Assembly (NCBI RefSeq): GCF_001194135.2
Contig: NC_068999.1
Span: forward strand, 20,528,971-20,570,944
Origin: Octopus bimaculoides
Taxonomy: Eukaryota
DNA length: 41,974 nt
Direction: 5' to 3'
Part shown: in pieces, positions 23,601 through 37,135 of the stretch
Layout: the number at the start of each line of letters is the position of its first letter
Numbering within the stretch: the stretch's first letter is position 1
Position numbers and translations under genes: made by a program
The notes under the pieces: generated by a model
Databases searched by the model: none
What the model was told of the DNA's origin: nothing
The model's input: only the letters and a program-made list of their open reading frames with translations

Positions 23601-24417
23601 CGTGAGGCGTGATATACTAATCAGCTATGTAACTTGTCCTAAATGTGTCCTTAATGACATCGATGTGATATCAAATAGTGAGAGATTTTTTATAGTACGA
23701 CGTATCAAGATTCGGCGCATAGTAGCGGAATAGGAATCTTATAATATAAGTCGTGTACTGTAATTCAACTTAAGTTCACAGGCCTAAAATCAGCAAGTTT
23801 ATATCTTCACCAATTTTATATTCCACTAATCATATTTGTATATGTCGCAGCACGAGTTAAAGAATTTCTCATATAACGATGTATTGCTTCTCAGATCACA
23901 ATTTCCGTGGTCGTAATAAACAAGTCTAGGTTAGCTATAATCCGCCTTGCAAATAGAAGCCTCATCTTAATCATATTCCTAACGGGCAATAAATTAGGAC
24001 GGCATATGAAAATGTATAAATGTGAGCTTTGTTTGTGAACAATATTAAAGATTTATTTATTAGCTTGATTTATCGTTATATATCGAACGTATGTGTTTAG
24101 ACGTTGCATATATCAAGAACCCGAATGATAATGTGCAAGAAGCGCAATTTGTTTGTATTGTTTCGCTGCGTTAGTTCAAATTTGAAGAATGTTTCAATGC
24201 ATAGCAGACATTCATTCGACATAAATTGTATGCTTCTGTGATATAATTCAACGTATAGCCTACTTCAAAACAAATCACACCACGCCATTCTACAGAGAGT
24301 GAAATACATTTCCTTAGAATGCAGACCAAAACATGCATATATACCTATATGCATACATACATACATACACACACATACATACATACAAACATACACATTT
24401 ATTCATACATATACGTA

Positions 24418-24452
<35 letters not shown>

Positions 24453-25809
24453 NNNNNNNNNNNNNNNNNNNNNNNNNNNNNNNNNNNNNNNNNNNNNNNN
24501 NNNNNNNNNNNNNNNNNNNNNNNNNNNNNNNNNNNNNNNNNNNNNNNNNNNNNNNNNNNNNNNNNNNNNNNNNNNNNNNNNNNNNNNNNNNNNNNNNNNN
24601 NNNNNNNNNNNNNNNNNNNNNNNNNNNNNNNNNNNNNNNNNNNNNNNNNNNNNNNNNNNNNNNNNNNNNNNNNNNNNNNNNNNNNNNNNNNNNNNNNNNN
24701 NNNNNNNNNNNNNNNNNNNNNNNNNNNNNNNNNNNNNNNNNNNNNNNNNNNNNNNNNNNNNNNNNNNNNNNNNNNNNNNNNNNNNNNNNNNNNNNNNNNN
24801 NNNNNNNNNNNNNNNNNNNNNNNNNNNNNNNNNNNNNNNNNNNNNNNNNNNNNNNNNNNNNNNNNNNNNNNNNNNNNNNNNNNNNNNNNNNNNNNNNNNN
24901 NNNNNNNNNNNNNNNNNNNNNNNNNNNNNNNNNNNNNNNNNNNNNNNNNNNNNNNNNNNNNNNNNNNNNNNNNNNNNNNNNNNNNNNNNNNNNNNNNNNN
25001 NNNNNNNNNNNNNNNNNNNNNNNNNNNNNNNNNNNNNNNNNNNNNNNNNNNNNNNNNNNNNNNNNNNNNNNNNNNNNNNNNNNNNNNNNNNNNNNNNNNN
25101 NNNNNNNNNNNNNNNNNNNNNNNNNNNNNNNNNNNNNNNNNNNNNNNNNNNNNNNNNNNNNNNNNNNNNNNNNNNNNNNNNNNNNNNNNNNNNNNNNNNN
25201 NNNNNNNNNNNNNNNNNNNNNNNNNNNNNNNNNNNNNNNNNNNNNNNNNNNNNNNNNNNNNNNNNNNNNNNNNNNNNNNNNNNNNNNNNNNNNNNNNNNN
25301 NNNNNNNNNNNNNNNNNNNNNNNNNNNNNNNNNNNNNNNNNNNNNNNNNNNNNNNNNNNNNNNNNNNNNNNNNNNNNNNNNGTATATTTGCATGCATGTA
25401 TTTACGTATACATGCATAAATACATACATACCTATATATGGTTGTTGTCTACTCCTTATGGAGAGTCTGACCAGCTCTAGTTCTTACACCTAAGACCCAA
25501 CATGGCGTCCGATGTGGCTTTTTAAACCAAAGTATTGAAACGACACCCACACAGATTGTATATCTGATTTGAACCACCAAGAGCTGAAGTTAAGTTCTGA
25601 TCTTTATGGACCTTAAAATGTGTTTTGAGGCCTCCGTCAGATTTGCAGACCTTATGGCATACATGGCATTGAAAGGTGTGCACAGATATATAGGCATCGT
25701 AGCGTACATGTATACAATATACATATATGAGTGGTTGTGTGTGTCTGTGTGTGTTTGCGCGTGTTTGTGAGTGTGTGTGTGTGTGTATATATACTTACAT
25801 ATGTGTGTG

Positions 25810-25887
<78 letters not shown>

Positions 25888-27139
25888 TATATACATACAT
25901 ATAATACATAGATGTATGCATGCATGTATACAAGCATATATAGATCTAATTTATCCGTCCTTAAATTTGCTAGTATTTATAAAACTTCCCAATATAGAGA
26001 AAATTTAGGCAGCAAATAAGGGTTGAATATTTTATGACATTGAAAATTCTTCGTGCTGTGTCAATATCCATGTTGACCTTCAATCATTCTTACATTACGT
26101 ATTAACAAACAAGGTGCTACTAATTCATATATGTTGTAAAGAGTGAAGGAATCCACTAACATTGGTGAATAACTACGAGGCGTGAGTCCCAATAGAAAAT
26201 ATATCTTCAACAAGATCCTAAACGTCTGCATCTTTAATGGAGAAAAAACTGATTTCTATATTTTTGTTTAATATAGCATTGAGTCAGTTACAAGATCTGA
26301 GATGATTCTTTGGATCCATTGATACTGAAATGATACTAAACGACAAGAAGAACAGTAAGTTGTTGCTATAAATCTAGAGCCCACATCTTATTTTTTACAC
26401 TTCCATCCCATTCGATAATTCAATAATATCGTTTCGAGTGATGCTTCCAGTTGGTGAAGAAAATATCAGCAATTGATTAGGTGGCACTGTCCTCACCGAA
26501 AACTATCCACAGCAAATAAGGACAGGCATGCGTTTCCTACCATGGATATGAATGTGTCACGAAGCTCTTTACTTATATATATGTGAATTTTATAGACAGA
26601 AACTGTATAGAATCCTGTCTACAGGGACATAAACAAACCAACAGCTGCTCGCACGCGGTCTGGAAGGACAAACAAGCACTCATGTATATACAACGAGTTA
26701 CTTTCAGTTTCTGTCTACTATTCCTCTCACGAGGCATTGATCTGCCTGCGGCTATGATAGAGGACAGTGGAATTAAAATCAAGACCATATTATGGAAAGC
26801 AAACTTCTTACTGTACAGCCATTCTGTGCCTGTTCTGTAAGTTTTTACAATTCTTCTGTGATAGTAACTATCAACAAAATCCTAGAAAATGTATTTACAC
26901 ATCATACACTAATTTCAGCCTCTGTCTCAAGGAACACAAGTAGAATGATTTTAATGACAAACATATATGAGAGCCACTTACGAGGCCCTTATAAGGCAAT
27001 CTATACTTATTCAAGGTCTGTGTAGGTAAGTGTCCACCACATGGAGCAATTTCAGGGTGGTCTCTGGAATAAATAATATTATTCCCAAACACAATCAAGC
27101 TATGTATGGAAGATATGTTGACACAATTTTAATTAGAGC

Positions 27140-27628
27140 GATAGACTTTAATAGAAAAGACTATTAGAGTGCTACATCTGATCGGTGCTAATGTATGGAT
27201 GTGAGTTTTGGACGATAAACAAAGTTATAGAGAAGAGACTCAATGCTGTATGAATGTGGTTTTATAGAAACATTCTTAGAATCACGTGAGTACAGAGAGT
27301 GACGAATGTGGAAGTGTTGAAGAGGATGAAAGTGAAGAGACAGTTGATGGATACTATCAGAGAGAGTCAGTGGAGATTTGTTGGTCATTTTCTCAGAGAG
27401 ATTGACGGAATGGAGCGTTACATGGTGGAGACTGAGCTGGTGAGAAGGAGAACGAGAGGAAGGCAGAGAATGAAGATGTTCGACTGGATGAAGAAGAGAC
27501 AGAACATGCAGAGCGAGGACCTGGGTGATGTTGCGAGAGACAGAAATAAATGGAGGAGAAACAAGCCATAATTCGTCAACGGCATGAATATGCCATGACC
27601 CAAGAGAGAGAGTGAGAGAGAGAGAGAG
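27140..27628 (+). mobile_element. 3' end of an RTE-type LINE with (GA)n tail
   Basis: KRLLECYI*SVLMYGCEFWTINKVIEKRLNAV*MWFYRNILRI..VTNVEVLKRMKVKRQLMDTIRESQWRFVGHFLR..RRRTRGRQRMK..VARDRNKWR*, the typical RTE C-terminal motifs, then a short UTR and a (ga)n tail at 27603-27628. Confidence 0.85.
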
Positions 27629-29064
27629 TTAAACAGGCTTTCAGTCTTAAAAGAGAACTGGAAAAAAAACACCTTATATAGCAAAGGTATCGAAGTATGG
27701 TTAAGAATCCCGTTTGAAACCAATATTCCTTTTGCATGAATTTGATAATAGCAAACTGCGAGGAAAACTATCGTACATAGATGTATATATGAATAAAAGA
27801 GAGCGATAGAATATGTTCAAGACTTAAAAATAAATACTTAAGCCGCTCTTTCCACTAAATCTACCAGGGTGGTGATTCTACATAACTGAAACAAGTAACG
27901 ATAAGAAATAACGTTATGCAATGACAACCCGCACCATCTTTAATATAAATTCAGCGAATAATATCATTATGTTCTGAGATACATCAATGTAGAAATAAGA
28001 AATAACGCATACAACACGTTTCTATTCACGAAAATGCTGATATGCTTAATGTTTCTTGTATATAGTGGATGTTCCTATAGATATAACATATCCATGGACA
28101 AAATCCCTATTTAGACTAGTTTTTAAGTATTCATAAGACGAACAAGAGCAAAATAAGAAATCGTATATTTAAAACAAACATAAGTTACCTTTAAATATGC
28201 AGAAAAGCTCACATAGATATAATCAATTGCATTCACACAGGTGCAGCACTCATCAAAGATAACCATATAAGTAGTATTGTAAACTACTTGAACCAAGAGC
28301 ACCGAAAATACAACAAACTCATGGTACACCTTTTATATACCACCATATATTAATGTGTTTATCCATTCTGTGTTAGGGAACAATTTTAAAAGGAACAATT
28401 TTAAAAGGAAGCAGAAAAATGTATTATGACAATTCAAAGAAACTAAATGTTATATGTTACCTTGAAAGCAGAATCAAAAACCTCATTTATAAGATTCTGT
28501 GAACCAACACAACATAAAACGTTCTTGACACTGAAAGCGTAATACATAAATTCTAATGCAAAAATGAAGGTTGTAAACTTCTTGTATCACGCTGCTACAT
28601 TGAAGAGTCAACTATAACATTCTCTTGTCGCTAGATCATATATTTATAGTAAGAAACCGTATCAACCTACAGCGATAACATATATATTTCCAACACAATT
28701 AGATATCAAAATAGGAATTATCAGAAATATACTTCTATTTAGAATTCCACAAAAAAAGAAATGAAACGAGCATGCATGGAGGTTTCGAAAATATAAGCCA
28801 AATAGCAACAAAACAAAATATATGTGCATGCGTATGTAAGAATATAGGTATGATTCTGTAAGCACAAACACACACACACGCACATACACAAACAAACATC
28901 TATATTTATATCGTCTCCATCTATTCATTTATTTATCTTGGTATACATCTTGCTACTTATCTTTCTCTCTATTTATCTCTCTCTTTCTCTCTCTCTCTCT
29001 CTCTACCTATATATATATATAGATAGATATATAGATAGATAGCTAGATAGACAGATAGATAGAT

Positions 29065-29115
<51 letters not shown>

Positions 29116-29571
29116 NNNNNNNNNNNNNNNNNNNNNNNNNNNNNNNNNNNNNNNNNNNNNNNNNNNNNNNNNNNNNNNNNNNNNNNNNNNNNNNNNNNNN
29201 NNNNNNNNNNNNNNNNNNNNNNNNNNNNNNNNNNNNNNNNNNNNNNNNNNNNNNNNNNNNNNNNNNNNNNNNNNNNNNNNNNNNNNNNNNNNNNNNNNNN
29301 NNNNNNNNNNNNNNNNNNNNNNNNNNNNNNNNNNNNNGTTTCGAAGGCAAGGACAATACGCGACTTCGTTGGAACAGTCCTTCCCGCAAAGCAAATTAAA
29401 TAAGATTTAGAATTTTTTACGGAGGATGAAAGTGTACATTGTGTTTAACGTTTTTTGTGATGTCCTGTACCCCTATATGCATGTGGATTGGTTGCTTATT
29501 TATTTACGTATTTAGGAGTTGGTTGCAATTTACTTATCAAATATATTTACTGATACGGTTGTGGTGGTAAC

Positions 29572-29643
<72 letters not shown>
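29572..29643. repeat. (AGT)n microsatellite
   Basis: Directly visible. Confidence 0.95.
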
Positions 29644-29645
<2 letters not shown>

Positions 29646-31759
29646 GGTCGATGGTAGCAGCAGTAACGACGGTAATCGTAGTAGCGGTAATGAGGGAGTA
29701 AACCTCGGAAGGACGAACAACATGAATACCCACCCCTTTGACACTCAGTTCTTCAACATATGTGACAAATCTTACAATATGAGCCTGATTTACCCGACAA
29801 CATTACCCTTGAGGAAAAGGGTCTGCATCCCTAGACATACTAGTGACCTACCTACATACTTATCTACCTACCTACCAACCTACCTACCTACCTACATACA
29901 TACATATATACATACATACATACATACAGACATATATACATACACACATACATGCTTGCATGCATATATACATAAATGCATATATGCATGCATGCATACA
30001 TACACACATACACATACATACGTACGTACGTACATACATACATACATACATACATACATACATACATGCATACATTAAATGTGGAATATATGTAAGTAAG
30101 CAACTTACTATGTACACGTGCATGTAACGTGAAATCAGCCGGCATGAGAATAAATATATAACATTGGAACAGATCGAGAAATTATATAACGTAAATAAAG
30201 TCAACAAATTTGATATATAACTTGAGAGCGTGTATATTACAAAGTTACTTAGTTTATATTCGTTCTTATAAACAACTTATATCATTAGTTTTTATTTTTT
30301 TAAATGTATATGTTTTATACTGTGGGTATAGATTTCCTTGATATGATAGCATTGCGTTTAGATTTTGAATCTAAATTGATTACGTAATTTTGGAAAATTG
30401 CATCATTGGAAATATCTTTACCAATTACAAAAGTAATTCGATTGATATTAGTGAACAAAGCAATAATTCCGAAGTATAACTGACTTAAATTACAGAGGAT
30501 TTACTGTTGTCCTGTGCATTATTTAAATCGGATTTCAAACAAAATGGTACATAGAATGAAATTATATTATGTTATATCTTTTTTTTTTATCTAACTTTCA
30601 AATATACACATATACATGCTTCCGCACATACATACATACATGCTTATTTATATAGTTTATGTAGACGAAAAAGGGAATACATTCAAGCATACATAGATTT
30701 ACTTGTATGTTTTTGTCTGTATGGTGGAGTAAAGATGCAGACAGACGATGATTTTCTTTGCGTAAATCGCAAAGTAATTTAATATGCACTCATCGAGTCT
30801 GTCTTGGAGTATACTACATCATATTACATAAATGTGTCAGTGTGTTTGAGGGTATGTGTGTGTTTGAGGGTATGTGTGTGTTTGCACGCGCGCGTATGTA
30901 TGTACGTATGTATATGCGTGTATGCATGAATATATTGTATGTGTATGCGTTTGTGTTTATGTTCAGTAGCTGTAGTTCAGTCAATATATATTGAAAGTAT
31001 ACTTTCATTCGAAGTATAGTTTCACGCTGCTATCTAGGAATTTTATAACAGATCGGCATTTTGAAGCAAATGGAAAAGCAAAACATGGACTGGTGTCAGG
31101 TTAAGTAATATTTGATGTGATTAAAACTAGTGGCTCATAACATGCAAGTCAAAATATCTACGACTCTGGACGTCAGCGCGTGTAAATATATCCTACATCA
31201 GTTAGCAGCCACCATTGAAATCCGATAGAAATTACTTGTGCTTGTGACGGTGAATGAGGTTATTTCACGCTTTGTTTTGACATTGGAGTAGCCGACCTAT
31301 ATCGAAATTATGGAAGAAATACTGACAGGTAGATGGCGATGGTTTGGTAATTAATCAGTAATTACCCAAAGTAACAGAAGATATAGACACAGGTCTATTT
31401 TTTAAATACAACGCGTACTAGTCATGGTGTTTGATCAAATCCCTATCAGATAAATTTGCACTTGGCCCTAAAAAACTACACCAAATATGGCGTTCGTGTA
31501 AACATAGTTTTTGTTAAAGAGAAAAACGTTTTTAGTTTGTGTTGCTTTTTTGTAGTGTTTGTTCCAATGTCATTCACTTCTCAGATCTTAAGCACCACTA
31601 GTGAGAAGTTTTTATTGCCTCAATAATTTAGGCTAGTTCTCAATAATTTAGACTAGTTCTTCAACTCACTCTATCACATACGGAGAACACTTCTGCATTT
31701 ATATTTATTTCAATTCTCATTTTCCTTGATATTTGATATAAACTAAAGAAAAATAAATT

Positions 31760-31973
31760 CTATCCACTATAGGCACAACGACTGACATTTACGGAGAAGA
31801 TGTTAATCGATTACATCGATGCTAGTGCTCAAGTGGTATTTATTATGTCGAACCCAATGAGATGAAAAGCGAAGTCGATGTCAACAGAATTTTAACTTAA
31901 AACGCTTAATGGTCTGGAGGAAATGCCACCGAGATTTTTCATTGATGCGCTAACAATGCAACCAGTTTGCCGC
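31760..31973 (-). mobile_element. SINE copy, family of 11179-11385
   Basis: Reverse complement: gcggcaaactgg..gttagc..ttaagttaaaatt..gacttcgcttttcatc..ttgagcact..gatgtaatcgat..gtgcctatagtgga. Confidence 0.65.
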
Positions 31974-34654
31974 TTTAAAGCCATAATATAAATAATATAT
32001 TTTTAAAATGTTACGATACTTTCTACATATTTTTCATTCTCTTTCAATATTTACTGAAAAATTAAGTATTTCCATACAGATACAGAACCAATACACGGTT
32101 ATTCATTATATTTGCTGTAGTTGTTGCTTATGTTCAGACGAAGGTGAGCACTAATTGAGCAGATCTAAGATCAAAAGCCTTTTAAGACGTCTGCATTCTG
32201 TCTTAATTTTACGGCATAGTGGGCAGAAGGGTCTTGATATAATATTCATAGTGATAACTAATGTCAAGATGATTGATTTCTTGACTGACAATTAAGTAAT
32301 TAACTGATCGATTGATTTCGATTGTAGATAATGAGACAGATTTACACCTAGAAGCACCAAAATGTACAGCGAAGTGTAAAAATGGAAAGAGAAACAAGAA
32401 AATCAGACTGAGAAAGAATGTGTGGGGGTTTCGTTTGTGTGTGTATGTAAGTGTGTATGTGTGTGTGTGTAGATAAATATAGATGTAGATAAAGACATAT
32501 ATCGGGAGAGAAAGAGAGATTCGTCAGTTCCTTCATAGATCGATAGAAAGATACAGTCAAAATGCATACATAATTAAAAACGAATATAGATAAGTAGGTA
32601 GGTTTAAGAAGGTAGTTTATAATGTTATTTGCTATACTCTAATTTACATCAATATTTAAACATTATGCTCCAAGCCATTCCCAGAATGTTATATAATATA
32701 TTTCTGTTCACAAATTATTTTCTTGTCTACAAAACAACAAATCTTTTATCATGATATAATTTAATAAAGTGTTCATCTATTCTACAGTTCTTAGCCGCCG
32801 CCCATGCCGATAATATCTTTTCTACCTACAATCAGAAATGAGGCTATAGAAATATCCACCAAATTCTATGACATTACACCGATCATCATGTAGAGAAAAT
32901 GAGGCATTAGATAATATCATTTTTGATACAAAAAAATACGTGATGGCCATGGGCACAAGAGCTTTGATCATTGAACGATGCGATAAGAATTGACCTGGGG
33001 GTTGAACTACATCAACCGACGGAAAAGTATTATTAACCGAAGATTCGGTTCTAAACAATAACCTTCGTTCTTCTTTTAATTTAGTGCCACATGAAATATG
33101 CATTGCTCACATCAATTCCGATAATCTATGATTAATACTGACATGATCTTTATCGGTGCAACTCGTCAATTATATAGCAATCTAGTTTACTATCAAAACA
33201 CATCTTAAGAGAATTTATTTCCCCATTAACCCCTAGGGGGACATGGTTGTAGGTACTGTTACCTCTTCGCTGTAATGAAATGACGAAGTAGAATTGGCGA
33301 GTTACATTAGATTAAACTTGCCTAGGAGAATGAATAAATACTCACCATGATTAAGAAAATAACAAAAAAGTATAACAAAATAAGAAATATAAAATAGCTA
33401 AGATAAAGATTTACTTCAACATAGGCTTCTGTCGATATTCATACGGTGTGATTAATAACAGGTGGACCTGGTCAATATTGAAATGTCAAGGCAGCGGATG
33501 CAAGTGGTTTGTAATAGACTTTGTTATAGTACATACTCCAAAACTTTTAAGATTGCAAATAAATTTGTTGCAGCCTTTTATCGAATTCATAGCTTCTTAC
33601 TTTAAATTAATCTCCAATATTGAAGGAATCACTCAACTTCATAATGTTTCTATTGAAATGGTATTCACTTAATAACACGAGATTCTCTGTTATCTGTTCT
33701 TTCCTTTAACCTTTTTGTAGTCTTTGGAAACTGAGATAAGTAGGTTTTTTTTTTCTTTCTCGTATTCGTTATTTTCTGAAAAGAGGTTTTTTTTTTGTTT
33801 GATTTTTTCTTTCGCATACGGATGGTATACAACACATTTCCAAATCGATTCAGAAGTTCGATAGTCACTGCAGTAATCGATAGGCAGCATATAGTCCATT
33901 AAATCGTCAATTGTTATTCTATATATTGTATTTTGTTTTCAGTTACACAACATATTTATTTACTCTCCATTATGTTGTCCCTTGAATGGGCAATTAAATA
34001 GAAGCCTAATAATACGGTAAAACGAAGAGCTCATTCTCTATCTTTATCTCTCTTTCTATTTCCCTCACTTTCTCGTTTTTTTTTTGTTGTTGTTTATTTC
34101 GATATTATATGAAAGTAATAGGATACGAACTTACAACACACATGTCGTGAAGGTGACATTTAATATAATTTCCCGATGACACAGCTGAATGACAGTTTCC
34201 GTCCACCAATTCTGTATTATTTACACACCGAAACACCAGCTAGTGTGTATAGAAGTTTTTATTGATAAACGGCCAGTTCTATAGGGTCAGGGTTAGGATT
34301 ATAGTGACCCCAATCCTCTCCTAAGCGTCAAATTCGGTTTCTCGCTGCTTGCATTCATGTAATGGCAAAATAAAGTGATTGAAAATCTCAACAAACTGCA
34401 AGTTGTCGTTTTCTATTGAAATATTACAAAAAGGTCGTTTTATCTTCTCTAGAGAATTAGAAAATTTTTGACATATTCCGCACAGTTGGCTGCTTGACTT
34501 GGGATACAAGCAAATGAAATTTCCCGAAATTTGCTGCCAATTCACTGAAGATTATGATGGTGGTCATCATAAGGATGATGACGATGATATAGCACCAACA
34601 ACAATAATTCTTTCTTACCTAGTTGCACGAACAGCTGTTTTAAGTGAAGGGCCA

Positions 34655-34790
34655 AGACGGTTACATTGTCCCCGGTGGTTTATTTTATTGACATCTGCAG
34701 AATAAAGGGTAAATTTGTTTCCTGCGATATTTGAACCCAAATCGTAAGGAGTCGAAAGTAAAATGGCACAGCACTTTTATAAAGCGCTAC
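34655..34790 (-). mobile_element. SINE copy, family of 11179-11385, degraded
   Basis: ggtggtttattttattgac..gaataaagggtaaatttg..atttgaacc is the reverse complement of the B box and central domain. Confidence 0.5.
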
Positions 34791-35126
34791 TAAGTATCTT
34801 CGGTTGTTGATAATTTGTGGTCCTTTATGGATTTTTCGGAGATTTGAGGAATGTTGTATAATTGGAAAATATATTTGGGCCCAGTGTAAGATGTTATAGT
34901 ATTTCTACAAATAGAATATTTATAATACATTTATGTCTTCGCCCTCATTAGGAGGTTTCCTCTGTAAAAATAGAAATTGGGATAACTTTTGTCTTGGTTT
35001 TTCTGGTACATTAGTTCTGAACGAATGCATTTAGTTCTACATGTTATCTGTATTGTCTCTTTGGCTTCGTAACTGTTGAACATGTACGTCCTGCCACATT
35101 AAATTCGCTGTGCCTTTCAATGTATA

Positions 35127-35220
35127 TAATGGGCGGCAAGATGTAAAATCTTAGTCTTGATGGGTATCCGAGCATTTGCAGTAAAGATCAGTAGTAAGGG
35201 ACTAATTTCTATTTGATAAA
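35127..35220. repeat. Donor of a 94-bp inverted duplication (copy at 35832-35925)
   Basis: Reverse-complement alignment gives 86/94 identity with no gaps. Confidence 0.95.
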
Positions 35221-35367
35221 AAACATTGTTGTTTTCTTAAGTAAAGGTTCTTTAGCATTTTCTTTTCAAGAAATTTCTAGCATGTGTCATCTGTATCATC
35301 AACCCTCTCTGCGAATACATAGGTAGATATACATCTCATGATTGCTTTATGGTTTTTGCTTATTTTT

Positions 35368-35495
35368 AGTCTCGTACTTATTCTGTCAGTTCTTTTTTCC
35401 CGAAGTGCTAAGTTACAGGGATGTAAACGCACCAACATCGGTTCCGAAGTAGTGGGCAACAAACCAGACACAAAGATACACACGCACGTACACAC
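35368..35495 (-). mobile_element. 3' part of a CORE-type SINE
   Basis: gtacttattct..gctaagttacagggatgtaaac.caccaacatcggtt is the reverse complement of the 16830-16915 region type. Confidence 0.7.
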
Positions 35496-35612
35496 ACATG
35501 TATATAGTATCTGTGTATGTATACATATATATATTAATAGTTATCGCCAAGCTAACATGGCAGTCCAGAAAAATAGAATGAATGCTGCCGTTGATTAGCT
35601 ATATATATATCA

Positions 35613-36039
35613 TGGCACTCCGTCGGTTACGATGACGTGGTTTCCAGTTGATCCGATCATGAAATTAACGTGTAAGTGGCTGAGTACTCCACATACATGT
35701 GGTAATTCAGTGTGTGTGCTGGCCCTTTGAAATACAGGTACAACATAGACAGGAAGAAAGCGTGAGAGAGATTTGTGGTGAAAGAGTACAGCACGGTTCA
35801 CAAATGCCCCATGCTGAAGCCCCGTGTTTGGTTTATCAAATATAAATTAGTCCCTTACTACTGATCTCTACTGCAAATGCTCGGATAGCCATCAAGACTT
35901 ATGCTTCACATCTTGCCGCCCATTAGGGGTTTTAGCTCAATAAACACTCAGAACGACCGGTCTGGAAATCGAAACTGCGATCCCACGACTGCGAAACCGC
36001 GATTCCACTGCACTAACCACTGGGCCTTTGCGCCTCCAC
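35613..36039 (-). mobile_element. tRNA(Arg)-like-headed SINE interrupted by a 94-bp inverted local insertion
   Basis: Collinear with 18722-19079 on both sides of 35832-35925 (gaagccccgtg | aggggttttagctcaataaacactc). Confidence 0.85.
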
Positions 36040-36100
36040 TATATATATATATATATATATATATATNNNNNNNNNNNNNNNNNNNNNNNNNNNNNNNNNT

Positions 36101-36662
36101 TACTATTCGCTTCAAAAAAGGTTCATTCGTGAGACGTGACAGCAGAGAGAGCACACATTCTCTCTCTGCGCGCGATTAGACAAGGAAATTTTGTGAGGAA
36201 CCCATTGGCAAGCAGGTGTAGCTGAATGGTTGGATGACCAAATCCAGGCTTAATTGCTTGTTCCTCACTAGTTCCGATGGGATTTTGTTCCACCAGTGTT
36301 TACAGGACATCCTCGTCGAGCTCTACACATCTTCCAGGACGTGGCTCGTCTTCTAGACTGTAGTTCCCGTCTGTGAATTTCTGGATCCACTGTTGACACT
36401 GGCTTACGCTTTCTGCCGGATTTCTATATACTGCAGTAATATTCTTCGCACTTCCCGTTGCGTTGTTGCCTTTATTGAACTCATATGGCAAAATATGCCA
36501 AATGTACTCCTGTGTCACTACCATTATAGCTTTGAAAAAATAACTGCCACAATCAAAATAAAAATAAGGTAAAATTATTACCTGCTTTCATAGCTAGTTG
36601 ATGCAGGTAGTTTATCCCGCCCCCTCTGACTTTTAATTCATGCATTAGTTATGAGATAACAT

Positions 36663-36665
<3 letters not shown>
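36101..36665 (-). mobile_element. Mariner transposon 5' part: TIR plus transposase N-terminus, decayed
   Basis: Minus strand MVVTQEYIWHILPYEFNKGNNAT..QWIQKFTDGNYSLEDEPRPGR..DEDVL*TLVEQNP../QWVPHKIS..SLLSRLTNEPFLKRIV. This contains the HTH region and the WVPHEL-like motif and stops at the gap just before the expected TGDE motif. A TIR-like ta|atgttatctcataactaatgca abuts (TA)n. Confidence 0.9.
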
Positions 36666-36709
<44 letters not shown>

Positions 36710-36981
36710 AAGAAATGGAAAACAAAACAGTAAATTGGACAATTATAAATTCAAGTTAAATATTTTATACAAGCAAATGACGCATCTCATTAATTACACC
36801 CGTTTCCTCTTCATTAATGAAACGAAGTATTTCAAGAATAATCAAATCCGTTTAAATATGTAACGATGCGTCATCAGATAGACATATCTGCTTAAACATA
36901 AATATAAAGCAGTAAATCCTTCGGATATCTAATATCTCTTAGATATATTTTACACCTGCCTAAATTGTTATATATATATAG

Positions 36982-37135
36982 ACACGATGGGCTTCTTTCA
37001 GTTTCTATTTACCAACTGCCCTCACAAGAATTTTGTTGTCCCGAAATTATAGTAGAAGACTCTTGCCTAAAGTTCTACGTAGTGGGAATGGATCCTGAAC
37101 CATGCAGTTGTGAAGCAAACTTCTTACCACACACC
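36982..37135 (-). mobile_element. Head and CORE part of a CORE-type SINE
   Basis: gggcttctttcagttt..tatagtagaagactcttgcc..cctgaaccatg..cttcttaccacac is the reverse complement of the 16552-16800 type head. Confidence 0.75.

Noticed and set aside
32790-33110. Possible NUMT (frames with several TGA codons)
   Set aside because: TAG and TAA stops remain under the invertebrate mitochondrial code, and no mitochondrial protein motif is recognisable.
34282-34300. Telomere-like tagggtcagggttagg
   Set aside because: Fewer than three degenerate units; expected by chance.
35127-35925. An 800-bp TA-flanked DNA transposon defined by 94-bp TIRs
   Set aside because: The right 'TIR' interrupts a SINE that continues on both sides, which cannot be a transposon boundary. 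Kept as a templated insertion instead.
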